In this document: piece after piece, positions 49,560 to 62,262 of the stretch | Numbering within the stretch: position 1 is the stretch's first letter | Layout of the letters: every line of letters begins with the position of its first letter | Assembly (NCBI RefSeq): GCF_002113885.1 | Contig: NW_018408485.1 | Location: 242,287 to 306,286 of the forward strand | Direction: 5' to 3' | From: Mizuhopecten yessoensis | Taxonomy: Eukaryota | Length of the DNA: 64,000 bases | The notes under the pieces: model-generated | Databases searched by the model: none | Told to the model about the DNA's origin: nothing | Seen by the model: the letters and a program-made list of their open reading frames with translations, nothing else | Position numbers and translations under genes: made by a program

Positions 49560-52500
49560 GTGACAAGTTAATCATTGGTATTCTTCCTTTTAATGCAGAT
49601 AAATTTTGTTAAATGTGTTACAGTAAGTCCACTTATCAATTACAACTTATGTTTTATCATTTGAAACCAAAGGAAAACATCCAAACATTTTACATTTCTG
49701 ATTTTATTGTTATTATGTTTAATATTCTTAGCTAAGTTCACTCTTAACAATACATATCTTTATATAATATACAATGGCTAGTACCTTTTCTTAGACCAGT
49801 AATTATCCTAATAACATCAAGCTAGATAGATTCCAAGAGATCTTTTTCTTGTCTTGTACAGTTATCCCATATAACACAAGCATACTCTAGAATAGGTCTG
49901 ATAAGTGTAGTATACAATATTTCAAATGCATTTCTACAATTTTTTTATTTTAACATTCTTAGGACATTTACTCTTTTAGATGCCTTTTCAAAAATAAAGT
50001 GTATATGATGTGCCCAGCTACCTTGTTAATTTAAATAGACCCCTAGATGTTTGTGATTTGTAATATTACTTACCTGGATATTATTAAATACTAGGTGTGA
50101 ATGTAGCTTAACTGCAGTAAATTACTTAGACACTACTAAAGATTCAGTTTTGTCTGGGTTAAAAAGTATACCCCAATCATTTGCCCATTTTGATATTTTG
50201 CGTAGATCTTCATTCAGACTGGTTGCTGCTTGCTGATGACGATTGTCTTTTATTATGTATAGTGAAGTATCATCAGCAAATAATTTTACATTACATCCTA
50301 TCTCATTTTCCAGATCATTAATATTCAAAAGAAATAAGTATGGTCCTAGGACCGAGCCCTGAGGTACCCCAGGTTTCAACATTTGCTAAGTAGAATGGAA
50401 ACCATCATATATTACTCTTTGTTTTCTATCTCTGATATAATTTTTGAATCACCCCAACATATTATTCCTAATTCCATATTTCTCCAATTTGTGTATTAAT
50501 CCTCTATGCCACACCCTGTCAAATGCCTTACTTATGTCACAAAAATTATTTTATGAGTATTTAAAAATGATTTTTTCCAACATTTTTATAAATATTGGAG
50601 TCATAGAGATTGGTCTATAGTTAGTTGGATCACACTTTTTACTTTTACCTTTATATATAGGGACAACATTATTACATTTCCATGTGTAAGGGAGACAACT
50701 CGACTCTATTGATTTATTAGATAATATTAATAAGGGTTTAACTAGAGATTCAGATATTCCCTTTACAAAGTAGGGGGAAGTATTATCTTTTAGCATACAG
50801 ATAATCGTTTACATAAACTACCACTCCTCCACCCCTGTGTGTTTCTCTGTCTTTCCTAAATATAACTTTGTGGTCGTCTAGGAGGATATCAGTATCAGCA
50901 ATATTTTTATTAGGGCTTTTCACCAACTGGTGAAAAGACCTATTTTTTTGTTAAGTTTCTTATTCTTATTCTTGTGGCATTTTTGTGGGTTCGTAATATC
51001 TTGAACGGTAGTAGATATGATCACAGTCTATATTGTACAATATATGACATGGTATGAAGGTGTTATTGCAACATTTTCAAGTGGGTCAAAAATCCAATAT
51101 GGCCGCCATGACGTCATAGGTTAAAATCTTAAAAACCACTATAACTCGACAATTGTTGATTGTACAGAATTTAAGCGATTATATTATTTGTAGATCATTT
51201 CCATATCTAACTTTTTCTCGATACATTTTTTTTGAAGAATTCTTCAACAGATCGATGAAGAATGTCATTCCGATGAATTCGATGTCTTTAGTTTTTCTGT
51301 AACATTTACCGTTAACGTTGCACGCCAGTTTGAATATTTCCTTTGATCTTTTTAAATGCTGACAATATGTTAAAACTTTACAAACTTCAACGATCTTCTT
51401 CTCCAATTCTGCCATTGCAATATTAACCACAATTTGTACATGTAATCCTCTAGGGCCCTTACGAATTCATGTTACTTTTTGGAGCAATTAATATTCCAAG
51501 ATGGCCGCCACGAACTCTGATTGGTTAACTATCAAGGTCACAATCAAGGTCACAAACTTCATATGTGCTATTTCAAGATAATAACTTCAAAAAACTTCTT
51601 CTAAAGTTCTACAAGGTCTAGAGTCCTACTATTTAATACATTAACATGGTCAGATGATTAGAGTTTAAAAAAAGTATTGACCTTGAATGACTTTCAAGGT
51701 CACAGAGGTCATTTGTGTAAAAATATTAAAACCATTTTTTCTGAATAACCAATAACTCCAGGGTAACGATGTTTGGCAAAGAAGCATGCTTGAATGAAGG
51801 ACTTTAAAGTGTGTGCAAATGAACGACCTTGACCTACTCTAAATGTAATTTCAAAGGTGAAAGTCAAAAACCGATTTCATTTTTGTGCGATTGTGAAGTG
51901 CTTTCAGTACTCTCAGTACTTTGATTTGTAATACTACATCGATTACTACGCACTCTCAATCTTAAAAGTAGGGACAGTTTACATCTCTACTGCGATGGGT
52001 AAACATCAGCCTTTCTTTGGCATGGCAAACCCAACCGATATAGACAAAAACCTATTTCAATTCATCATCCAGACGTACATAGTGGACGGACTATATGACG
52101 ACATTTACGGACTACATTCGTATATACAACTAAGCCCATTGGTTGCCTATATTTCGCACTCCGGGAACCCCCCACTACCCAGTCAGCTACTGTAGACTTG
52201 CACAGGTTATTATTAGAAGACCAAATCAGTCGATACAGGGATAAAAAGCCCGCCAAATTGTTAGCCAACAATTTCTAGTTTAAATGAGAATTCGCTTTCA
52301 ATAACATCGGTCTTGTTTCTTAGAGAACAAACATTTGCATGACATATTGTAATATTATCATGATAAAATGCACTTTAGTTGTTATTTAGAGAATCAATTG
52401 GGCCTGGGTTAGTTTGTATGCCATTGCAGAGGATCAACAGCAAAATCAGAACTGTAAAATAGAACATAAAGAAAATCTCTTTCGTCTCGCTATGATTATA

Positions 52501-52600
52501 CACACATCGATCGTGATTCTCAATCGTGAAAATATCAGTATTCTGCCGTACTAGAGAAATAAAGTGGTCTTCAACGCGAATAATTAAAAATCATCTCTTA
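49560..52600 (-). mobile_element. Decayed CR1/L2-group LINE, internally deleted and interrupted
   Basis: [48 protein letters not shown]; 5' part LLLILCNGIQTNPGP..ICHANVCSLRNK (start of APE). Confidence 0.85.
50990..51885. mobile_element. Interspersed non-autonomous repeat nested in the LINE
   Basis: Interrupts LINE homology; repeated tccaa.atggccgcca and caaggtcac/gaccttga motifs typical of mollusc repeats; ends approximate. Confidence 0.5.
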
Positions 52601-52928
52601 TTGAAATGCATCAACGCGATCAAACTGATGTTTTAAATCTGTGACAATAAAGGCGATGTTGAGTAATGACGTTATTGTTAAAGTGACATTTCAGGTGTGA
52701 ATGCACAATATGTAATACAACGTGCGGGAAACTATGAAAGATTATATGACTGGCCCGTGATATTGTGAAAACGCAAATTATGCCAGTGACATATATTGTA
52801 TCTATCTGAGTCATTTGATGTATCATACTAGGAATTTAATGTTCAAACGTTGTAACACTACCTGCTACATAAAGTTTATTTAATGAACTAGATCAAAACA
52901 GAATCAATATCTTTGAGTTTTATCGTTC

Positions 52929-55341
52929 CAGGTTTACTGAACTGTTTGTGCCGGATATGTTACAGGTTTATTGAACTGTTTGTGTCAGATATGTTACAAG
53001 TTTATTGATGTTTGTGTCAGATATGTTACAGGTTTATTGAACTGTTTTTGCCCGATATGTTACAAGTTTATTGATGTTTGTGCCGGATATGTTTCAGGTT
53101 TACTAAACTGTTTACGCCGGATATGTTACAGGTTTACTGAACTGTTTGTGCCGGATATGTTACAGGTTTCCTGACCGGTTTGGGCCGGCTATGTTACAGG
53201 TTTACTGACCAGATTGTGCCGGCTATTTTACAGGTTTACTGACCGGTTTGGGCCGGCTATGTTACAGGTTTACTGACCGGTTTGTGCCGGCTATGTTACA
53301 GGATTACTGACCGGTTTGTGCCGGCTATGTTACAGGATTACTGACCGGTTTGTGCCGGCTATGTTACAGGATTACTGACCGGTTTGTGCCGGCTATGTTA
53401 CAGGATTACTGACCGGTTTGTGCCGGCTATGTTACAGGTTTACTGCCCGGTTTGGGCCGGCTATGTTACAGGTTTACTGACCGGTTTGTGCCGGCTATGT
53501 TACAGGATTACTGACCGGTTTGTGCCGGCTATGTTACAGGTTTACTGACCGGTTTGTGCCGGCTATGTTACAGGTTTACTGACCGGTTTGGGCCGGCTAT
53601 GTTACAGGTTTACTGACCAGATTGAGCCGGCTATGTTACAGGTTTACTGACCGGTTTGGGCCGGCTATGTTACAGGTTTACTGACCGGTTTGGGCCGGCT
53701 ATGTTACAGGTTTACTGACCGGTTTGGGCCGGCTATGTTACAGGTTTACTGACCAGATTGTGCCGGCTATGTTACAGGTTTACTGACCGGTTTGGGCCGG
53801 CTATGTTACAGGTTTACTGACCAGATTGTGCCGGCTATGTTACAGGTTTACTGCCCGGTTTGGGCCGGCTATGTTACAGGTTTACTGACCGGTTTGGGCC
53901 GGCTATGTTACAGGTTTACTGACCGGTTTGGGCCGGCTATGTTACAGGTTTACTGACCAGATTGAGCCGGCTATGTTACAGGTTTACTGACCAGATTGAG
54001 CCGGCTATGTTACAGGTTTACTGACCGGTTTGGGCCGGCTATGTTACAGGTTTACTGACCGGTTTGTCCCGGATATGTTCCATGTTTACTGAACTGTTTA
54101 TGCCGATATGTTCCATGTTTACTGAACTGTTTGTCCCGGATATGTTCCATGTTTCCTGAACTGTTTGTGCCGATATGTTCCATGTTTACTGAACTGTTTA
54201 TGCCGATATGTTCCATGTTTACTGAACTGTTTATGCCGATATGTTCCATGTTTACTGAACTGTTTATGCCGATATGTTCCATGTTTACTGAACTGTTTTT
54301 GCCTGATATGTTCCATGTTTACTGAACTGTTTATGCCGATATGTTCCATGTTTACTGAACTGTTTGTCCCGGATATGTTCCATCTTTACTGAACTGTTTG
54401 TACCGGATATGTTACAGGATTACTGAACTGTTTGTGCCGGATATGGTTCAGGTTTACTAAACTGTTTATGCGGGATATGTTACAGGTTTACTGACCGGTT
54501 TGGGCCGGCTATGTTACAGGTTTACTGACCGGTTTGTCCCGGATATGTTCCATGTTTCCTGAACTGTTTGTGCCGATATGTTCCATGTTTACTGAACTGT
54601 TTGTGCCGGATATGTTTCAGGTTTACTCAACTGTTTGTGCCGGATATGTTACATGTTTACTGAACTGTCTGTGCCGGATATGTTTCAGGTTTACTGAATT
54701 GTTTGTGCTGGATATGTTACATGTTTACTGAACTGTTTGTCCCGGATATGTTCCATGTTTACTGAACTGTTTGTACCGGATATGTTACAGGTTTACTGAA
54801 CTGTTTGTGCCGGATATGCTACAGGTTTACTGAACAGTTTGTGTCGGATATCTTAAATGTTTACTGAACTGTTTGTGCCGGATATGTTCCATGTTTACTG
54901 AACTGTTTTTGCCGGATATGTTACATGTTTATTGAACTGTTTTTTCCGGATATGTTACAGTTTTACTGAAATGTTTGTGCCGGATATGTTCCATGCTTAC
55001 TGCACTGTTTGTGCCGGCTATGTTACAGGTTTACTGACCGGTTTGTCCCGGATATGTTACATGTTTACTGAACTGTTTGTGCCGGATATGGTACAGGTTT
55101 ACTGAACTGTTTGTACCGGATATGTTACAGGGTTAATGAACTGTTGTTGCCGGATATGTTCCATGTTTACTGAACTGTTTGTGCCGGATATGTTACAGGT
55201 TTACTGAACAGTTTGTACCGGATATGTTACAGGTTTAATGAACTGTTGTTGCCGGATATGTTCCATGTTAACTGAACTGTTTTTGCCGGATATGTTACAT
55301 GTTTACTGAACTGTTTGTGCCGGATATGTTACAGGTTTACT
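52929..55341. repeat. 34-bp minisatellite, ~71 copies, with sub-families
   Basis: Unit caggtttactgaactgtttgtgccggatatgtta; central variant gaccggtttgggccggct; 33-bp ttccatg variants. Confidence 0.97.
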
Positions 55342-55474
55342 CTGTTGACCGACAAACGCCAGAATCAGCGTCCACGGCCAGTGCTTGGTGCCAAGGAAAC
55401 AGTTACCAAGGAAAACTGTGGTGCGGTCGCCGGGCAGGAAGTGACGTCAATATGGAAACATTTCATAGTTGCCG
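55335..55474 (+). pseudogene. Alkaline phosphatase catalytic-Ser exon with frameshifting deletion
   Basis: The two halves are in different frames and about 11 conserved codons are missing; donor g|gtaaga. Confidence 0.8.
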
Positions 55475-56149
55475 GTAAGAAATCTTAAAGCAATTTAAAA
55501 CAAGAGTACCCATGAAGTGTGATATAACAAGAAAATGCAGCAAAGCTGCTGGACACCAAACCTGTTTATGAAAATGACTTACTGACAGCTGTCCATCAAC
55601 CACGAGGGAACGGATCCTGCATACTTGAATCTATTGAATCATAAACACATCAATTGTAAATGACATTAATTGTGTTGTTCAGAATATTCCATTCACGCTC
55701 AATATCTAGTTTTAACCGCACGTTTAGGCCAAATGTCAATGATTTGGTAATAACGTCATCTTCTGAGAGAGAAAAGCTGGGACATAAGACGATTTATACA
55801 TGTATAAAAGATCCTTCACACCTTTTGTCAAAATTGCAGCAGTTTTTGCATATGTTTCTTTTGACAAAGTCCCTATTTGACTATTTTGGATAAAATATCA
55901 ACCATTTTCTAGGTTAAAGGGTCAATCGTAGCCCCCCGCCCCTTTGGATAATAGTTATTACTTCTCGAGACAGCAACGAAGACATATTTTGCCACAACGC
56001 TGGGTTTTTTGGTTGTTATCACATATTCGTTTTATACAAGTGAAATATGTTAAATAATTCTCCAAATACGGAAGTTAATTTGCCCTTTTGTTGTTATTTT
56101 ATGAAAAGCATTGAATATCTATATATATCCATATATACAACATTTGATG

Positions 56150-56439
56150 TAGCGCCCAATCTAGCTAACATACAAATGTAAGCCACTTTACATTACATAG
56201 ATATACAATTAATACAATAAGCATATACATGTACATTAATTCAATACAATTTTTAATGAGGAATTCGCAGGAGCTGCCTTATCAGGCGCTAACTACTAGC
56301 CATATGCCACCTGGCTAATATCTCCCAATATGTGTATGACTGCGTGTGACCTGAAAATGTAAACGTAATGTTGTCTGTTTGTAGCGGGACCGTGCTTCAA
56401 ACGGTATCATTTATAGTGCCACCTCGCTTGAATGCTACA
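56150..56439 (-). mobile_element. SINE copy (family of 30502-30911), cut by an assembly gap
   Basis: Colinear with 30502-30775 (tagcgccc..ctagctaacata, atgccacctggctaatatctc, gggaccgtgcttc, cttgaatgctaca). Confidence 0.75.
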
Positions 56440-56586
56440 NNNNNNNNNNNNNNNNNNNNNNNNNNNNNNNNNNNNNNNNNNNNNNNNNNNNNNNNNNNNN
56501 NNNNNNNNNNNNNNNNNNNNNNNNNNNNNNNNNNNNNNNNNNNNNNNNNNNNNNNNNNNNNNNNNNNNNNNNNNNNNNNNNNNNNN
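56440..56586. other. Assembly gap (147 N)
   Basis: Run of n. Confidence 1.
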
Positions 56587-57242
56587 CATTGAACCATTGA
56601 ATAACACTGGATGTTCACTCTACTGACAACTTATATAAAATGTTACTGTTAAGTTATGTAGGAAACAGTAGTTTTGTGTGTATGTTTTTTCCGCTGTTTA
56701 GGTTTGCTGTTTGCTTCACCAGAAAAGCGCGGGAATGTATAACGTAGTTTTTGACGCCAAGTTATATTGACGTCATGCCTGACAACAATACAAAAAGCCA
56801 GTTTGATTGGTTTTTCACTGCAATTTTGCCGTTTGCTAGTATTATCTGGTAAGATTTTCAGACAAAATGATATTAATTGTGTAGTTATATAAAAACAATA
56901 TTGTATGCTGCCAAGGTAGACAGCACAACCACTTATTCTGCCGTCACTTCATCTAAACTTGAAACTAAAAATCTACGCAAAAAATATAATGTACCGTTCA
57001 GACTGGACAATTCTTATAGAGTGAAGTTTTTACTTGTGAAGATATAATGTTTCGTTTATCTTCACTGCATTAAAGATATGTTTTTATTAAATAGAGAATT
57101 CATGATATTTCACAAGTAAACTGCAATAAATACCGATACCGTAGGGTTTACCATCATATTTTTGTAGACAGTTTGCGGCCTCAATTTCCCAGAAGGCTTT
57201 AACGCATGGGGAAGCACCGGAAGTGGACAAAGTGTTTACAGA

Positions 57243-57281
57243 TCAAACCCCTGCGGCGCTTCGCGCCGCTTGGGGGTTTGA
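57243..57281. repeat. GC-rich hairpin followed by an A-run, probable Helentron-type element end
   Basis: TCAAACCCC-tGCGGCGC-ttc-GCGCCGC-tt-GGGGGTTTGA, then aaaaaaa. Confidence 0.45.
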
Positions 57282-57692
57282 AAAAAAAGTTAAAGTATGA
57301 AATTTGCATTTTTATTAGTTAATTGGTAGTGTAATGTGTGAACAACTAGCAAAACTGAAAGTCAGTAAACAAAACTGACTATTTTATTATCTTTTACATG
57401 CTTAGTTTTGCTTCGATAAAATTCATAGGTAACAAGTGTTACAGTGATTCAGACTAGTGAGTCATATTAACACCACCGGATAGAATTTGTTAGTAACTAG
57501 AACTGTACCTACAACCATATATGACGGTATTGTCTCCTATAATATGAAGTACTCAACCTCACAAATACCTGTTTTAACAAATGTTTGCTTCAGACAACAA
57601 ATTTTTGCGAGGGTATAATCAGAACGTAACATACACACTGAATCAACTTTAACATACCTGTGTTACATATAACTTTTGTTTTGTTATGGTAG

Positions 57693-57862
57693 GAAGAAGC
57701 ACTGGATTTGTAACTACCTCACGGGTGACCTACGCCACGCCCGCCGCCGCGTACGCCCACAGTGCTTCCCGGGACTGGGAGAGTGACGCCCTGATTACGT
57801 CAATCACAGGAGGCTGTAAGGATATAGCCTACCAGCTGGTATATGACAATAACGACATACAG
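57693..57862 (+). CDS. Alkaline phosphatase exon (open frame)
   Basis: [38 protein letters not shown]; canonical splice sites. Confidence 0.85.
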
Positions 57863-58308
57863 GTTCGTTGTTGGTCCGAGTCCCCAGTGATAGGACTGTA
57901 CGCCTGTACACTTGTCAGGTGTTTGGTTATGTGTGTTTGTGGTGTAGTGTCCTCCAACAATTATATCATACGGTTACATTTCATATGGCAATAACTCGTG
58001 AGGAATACACCAGAGGGGGCTTCGTAATAAAGTTTTAAAAAAAACTTACAATAGAAGATATGGAAAGTGTACCTCAAAAAGTATACTTCAACATCAAGCT
58101 CGTCTACAGTTTGTTGTAAACGCCAATAAAACGGAAAGTATTTATCGTCAATGTTAAAATCAAATACTGATTCAACTAACTTCCACCAACATCATTTAAA
58201 ATTCCAAGCAGTTGATCAATGCTTTATCTATAATCATAAATAAACCCAATTTATGTTTAAATAACCATAGGTTACGTCATTGGAGTATTTGTTGTTTTCT
58301 GTCGCTAG

Positions 58309-58416
58309 GTAGTGTTGGGCGGTGGTAGGGGTCCGTTCCTGCCGGACAGACAAGTGGATCCAGAGACACAGACAGTTGGCTGGACACACAGGAAGGACGG
58401 ACACGATTTGACAGAG
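58309..58416 (+). CDS. Alkaline phosphatase exon (open frame)
   Basis: VVLGGGRGPFLP..DPE..RKDGHDLTE. Confidence 0.85.
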
Positions 58417-59302
58417 GTTTGTACATGGTTTACGTGCCATACCTATTACTTTTACTGTGATCACAAGGAAAAAGCGTTAATTATGACAACTCTACAACTA
58501 TAACTGTACGTTAATATCACACAAAACAAAACACTAGGGTATTACATTCAAAAGTTATTTCAAGTTCTAACAAGGAAATCAATAATTGCATTTAAAAGAG
58601 GATTTAATCTAACCAAAAATGAAGAATATTTGAATCCAAATTCTGCTTTACAGAATCACTCATATTATCAAGTGAGGAAGTAAAAAAACAGTCTGCGTTA
58701 TCTTTATGAGTAAGAATAGCGGCGTACTCTTTAGGCCACAGTACAAAATACAGGTCGGAATGCTGTCTGCACTCCATTTACCGAAAATCGATGAAACTCA
58801 AAAAGAGAAATTTTCTTGTTCCAAATTTTCTATAATAAATTCCATAATACACGCTACCATTATTTGGATACGTCATCTTTGGCGTGTTCAACTAATTGGT
58901 TTAAGGCATGCTAAATTGATTTTTGATGAGTCCGGTATGGTTGCAGATGTTATGTACCAAATAAGTTTGCTGGTAGATGACAAACAGATAAAAGTCGAAG
59001 TTTACCCTTCTGATCAACGAAACGTGCGTAAAGAGAAAATAGTTTGGTAAAAAATAAGGACCTATTAAAACTACTTACCAATTAGCTTTGAAATCATATC
59101 AGTTATCTATAATCAAAAATATTCTGCCGTAATTGCTTAGATTGTATAGATAGTTGAGACATAACTAAAGAACGTTATTGGACTATAAAGCCTTTTTATG
59201 TTGATACAAATTAATTAGTTTCAGTCAAAATAACCTTAGGAATTATTGACAGGCGTAATTCATGTTCAGTGTTTTTACGGAAAAACGTCACTGAGTCAAA
59301 AA

Positions 59303-61964
59303 TCATGTCGATAATAGTGAACAACGTCACTAAATCATTAATGCTATAATTGATAACACGTTCATGTCTATCGTTGTGAACCACGTCACTAAATCATCAA
59401 TGCTACAGTTGATAACCCGTTTATGTCTATCGTAGTGAACCAAGCCACTAAATCATCAATGCTACAGTTGATAACTCGTTCATGTCTATCGTAGTGAACC
59501 ACGGCGCTAAATCATCAATGCTACAGTTGATAACACTTTCATGTCTATCGTAGTGAACCACGTAACTAAATCATCAATGCTATAGCTATAGTTGATAACA
59601 CGTTCATGTATATCGTAGTGAACCACGTCCCCAAATCATCAATGCTATAGTTGATAACACGTTCATGTCTATCTTAGTGAACCACGTCCCCAAATCATCA
59701 ATGCTATAGTTGATAACACGTTCATGTCTATCTTAGTGAACCATGTCACCAAATCATCAATGCTACAGTTGATAACACGTTCATGTCTAACGTAGTGAAC
59801 CACGTCACTAAATCATCAATGTTACAGTTGATAACTCGTTCATGTCTATCGTAGTGAACCACGTCGCTAAATCATCAATGCTACAGTTGATAACACGTTC
59901 ATGTCTATCGTAGTGAATCACCTAGCTAAATCATCAATGCTATAGTTGATAACACGTTCATGGCTATCGTAGTGAACCACGTCACTAAATCATCAATGCT
60001 ACAGTTGATAACTCTTTCATGTCTATCGTAGTGAACCACGTCACCAAATCATCAATGCTATAGTTGATAACACATTTATGTCTATCGTAGTGAACCACGT
60101 CACTAAATCATCAATGCTATAATTGATAACACGTTCATGGCTATCGAAGTGAACCACGTCACTAAATCATCAATGCTATAGTTGATAACACGTTCATATC
60201 TATCGTAGTGAACCACGTCACTAAATCATCAATGCTATAGTTGATAACACGTTCATGTCTATCGTAGTGAACCACGTCACTAAATCATCAATGCTACAGT
60301 TGATAACACGTTCATGTCTATCGTAGTGAACCACGTCACTAAATCATCAATGCTACAGTTGATAACACGTTCATGTCTATCGTAGTGAACCACGTCACTA
60401 AATCATCAATGCTACAGTTGATAACACGTTCATGTCTATCGTAGTGAACCACGTCACTAAATCATCAATGCTACAGTTGATAACACGTTCATGTCTATCG
60501 TAGTGAACCACGTCACTAAATCATCAATGCTACAGTTGATAACACGTTCATGTCTATCGTAGTGAACCACGTCACTAAATCATCAATGCTACAGTTGATA
60601 ACACGTTCATGTCTATCGTAGTGAACCACGTCACTAAATCATCAATGCTACAGTTGATAACACGTTCATGTCTATCGTAGTGAACCACGTCACTAAATCA
60701 TCAATGCTACAGTTGATAACACGTTCATGTCTATCGTAGTGAACCACGTCACTAAATCATCAATGCTACAGTTGATAACACGTTCATGTCTATCGTAGTG
60801 AACCACGTCACTAAATCATCAATGCTACAGTTGATAACACGTTCATGTCTATCGTAGTGAACCACGTCACTAAATCATCAATGCTACAGTTGATAACACG
60901 TTCATGTCTATCGTAGTGAACCACGTCACTAAATCATCAATGCTACAGTTGATAACACGTTCATGTCTATCGTAGTGAACCACGTCACTAAATCATCAAT
61001 GCTACAGTTGATAACACGTTCATGTCTATCGTAGTGAACCACGTCACTAAATCATCAATGCTACAGTTGATAACACGTTCATGTCTATCGTAGTGAACCA
61101 CGTCACTAAATCATCAATGCTACAGTTGATAACACGTTCATGTCTATCGTAGTGAACCACGTCACTAAATCATCAATGCTACAGTTGATAACACGTTCAT
61201 GTCTATCGTAGTGAACCACGTCACTAAATCATCAATGCTACAGTTGATAACACGTTCATGTCTATCGTAGTGAACCACGTCACTAAATCATCAATGCTAC
61301 AGTTGATAACACGTTCATGTCTATCGTAGTGAACCACGTCACTAAATCATCAATGCTACAGTTGATAACACGTTCATGTCTATCGTAGTGAACCACGTCA
61401 CTAAATCATCAATGCTACAGTTGATAACACGTTCATGTCTATCGTAGTGAACCACGTCACTAAATCATCAATGCTACAGTTGATAACACGTTCATGTCTA
61501 TCGTAGTGAACCACGTCACTAAATCATCAATGCTACAGTTGATAACACGTTCATGTCTATCGTAGTGAACCACGTCACTAAATCATCAATGCTACAGTTG
61601 ATAACACGTTCATGTCTATCGTAGTGAACCACGTCACTAAATCATCAATGCTACAGTTGATAACACGTTCATGTCTATCGTAGTGAACCACGTCACTAAA
61701 TCATCAATGCTACAGTTGATAACACGTTCATGTCTATCGTAGTGAACCACGTCACTAAATCATCAATGCTACAGTTGATAACACGTTCATGTCTATCGTA
61801 GTGAACCACGTCACTAAATCATCAATGCTACAGTTGATAACACGTTCATGTCTATCGTAGTGAACCACGTCACTAAATCATCAATGCTACAGTTGATAAC
61901 ACGTTCATGTCTATCGTAGTGAACCACGTCACTAAATCATCAATGCTATAGTTGATAACACGTT
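59303..61964. repeat. 59-bp minisatellite, ~45 copies, in an alkaline phosphatase intron
   Basis: Unit tcatgtctatcgtagtgaaccacgtcactaaatcatcaatgctacagttgataacacgt. Confidence 0.97.
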
Positions 61965-62159
61965 AAAATTAGATTCCAATGTATCAATGAAATACTTTTG
62001 CTGAATAAGGAACTCGAAGATCTGAAAGATTTCACTCTACTTCCTTGCAGTAGTATTTCTTTGATGAATATTTCCAAAACAATATATTGATCTTTTATCT
62101 TTATTTCCTTTCTTGATTTAAAACTGCAGGTTATTTATATAATAAGCGTTTGATTTCAG

Positions 62160-62262
62160 ATATGGAAGCAGATCCAGAGTTCTAAAGACCGACGTCACAG
62201 CTATGTTTGGAAGAAGGATCAGTTTGACGCCGTAGATCCCACGGATACTGATTATCTCCTAG
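62160..62262 (+). CDS. Alkaline phosphatase exon (open frame)
   Basis: tttcag|IWKQ..YVWKKDQFDAVDPTDTDYLL g|gtatgc. Confidence 0.8.

Larger units (their letters stand above)
55335..62262 (+). pseudogene. Alkaline phosphatase (ALPL-like) pseudogene or partial gene
   Basis: Exons 55335-55474 (VYSVDRQTPESASTASA//LGAKETVTKENC..EVTSI..AG, frameshifted), 57693-57862 ([40 protein letters not shown]), 58309-58416 (VVLGGGRGPF..RKDGHDL), 62160-62262 (WK..YVW..TDYLLG). No GDGMG-containing 5' exons were found. Confidence 0.85.

Noticed and set aside
52929-55341. CRISPR-like array (34-bp periodicity)
   Set aside because: The units are contiguous with no unique spacers, there are no cas genes, and the context is eukaryotic.
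58706-59050. 114-aa ORF in the ALP intron
   Set aside because: It has no ALP or other recognisable motifs and no supporting splice pattern.
59303-61964. Hammerhead ribozyme/retrozyme in the 59-bp unit (minus strand TTGATGA-stem-CGATA)
   Set aside because: The core deviates from CUGANGA...GAAA at essential positions, and stems I and III cannot be formed convincingly.
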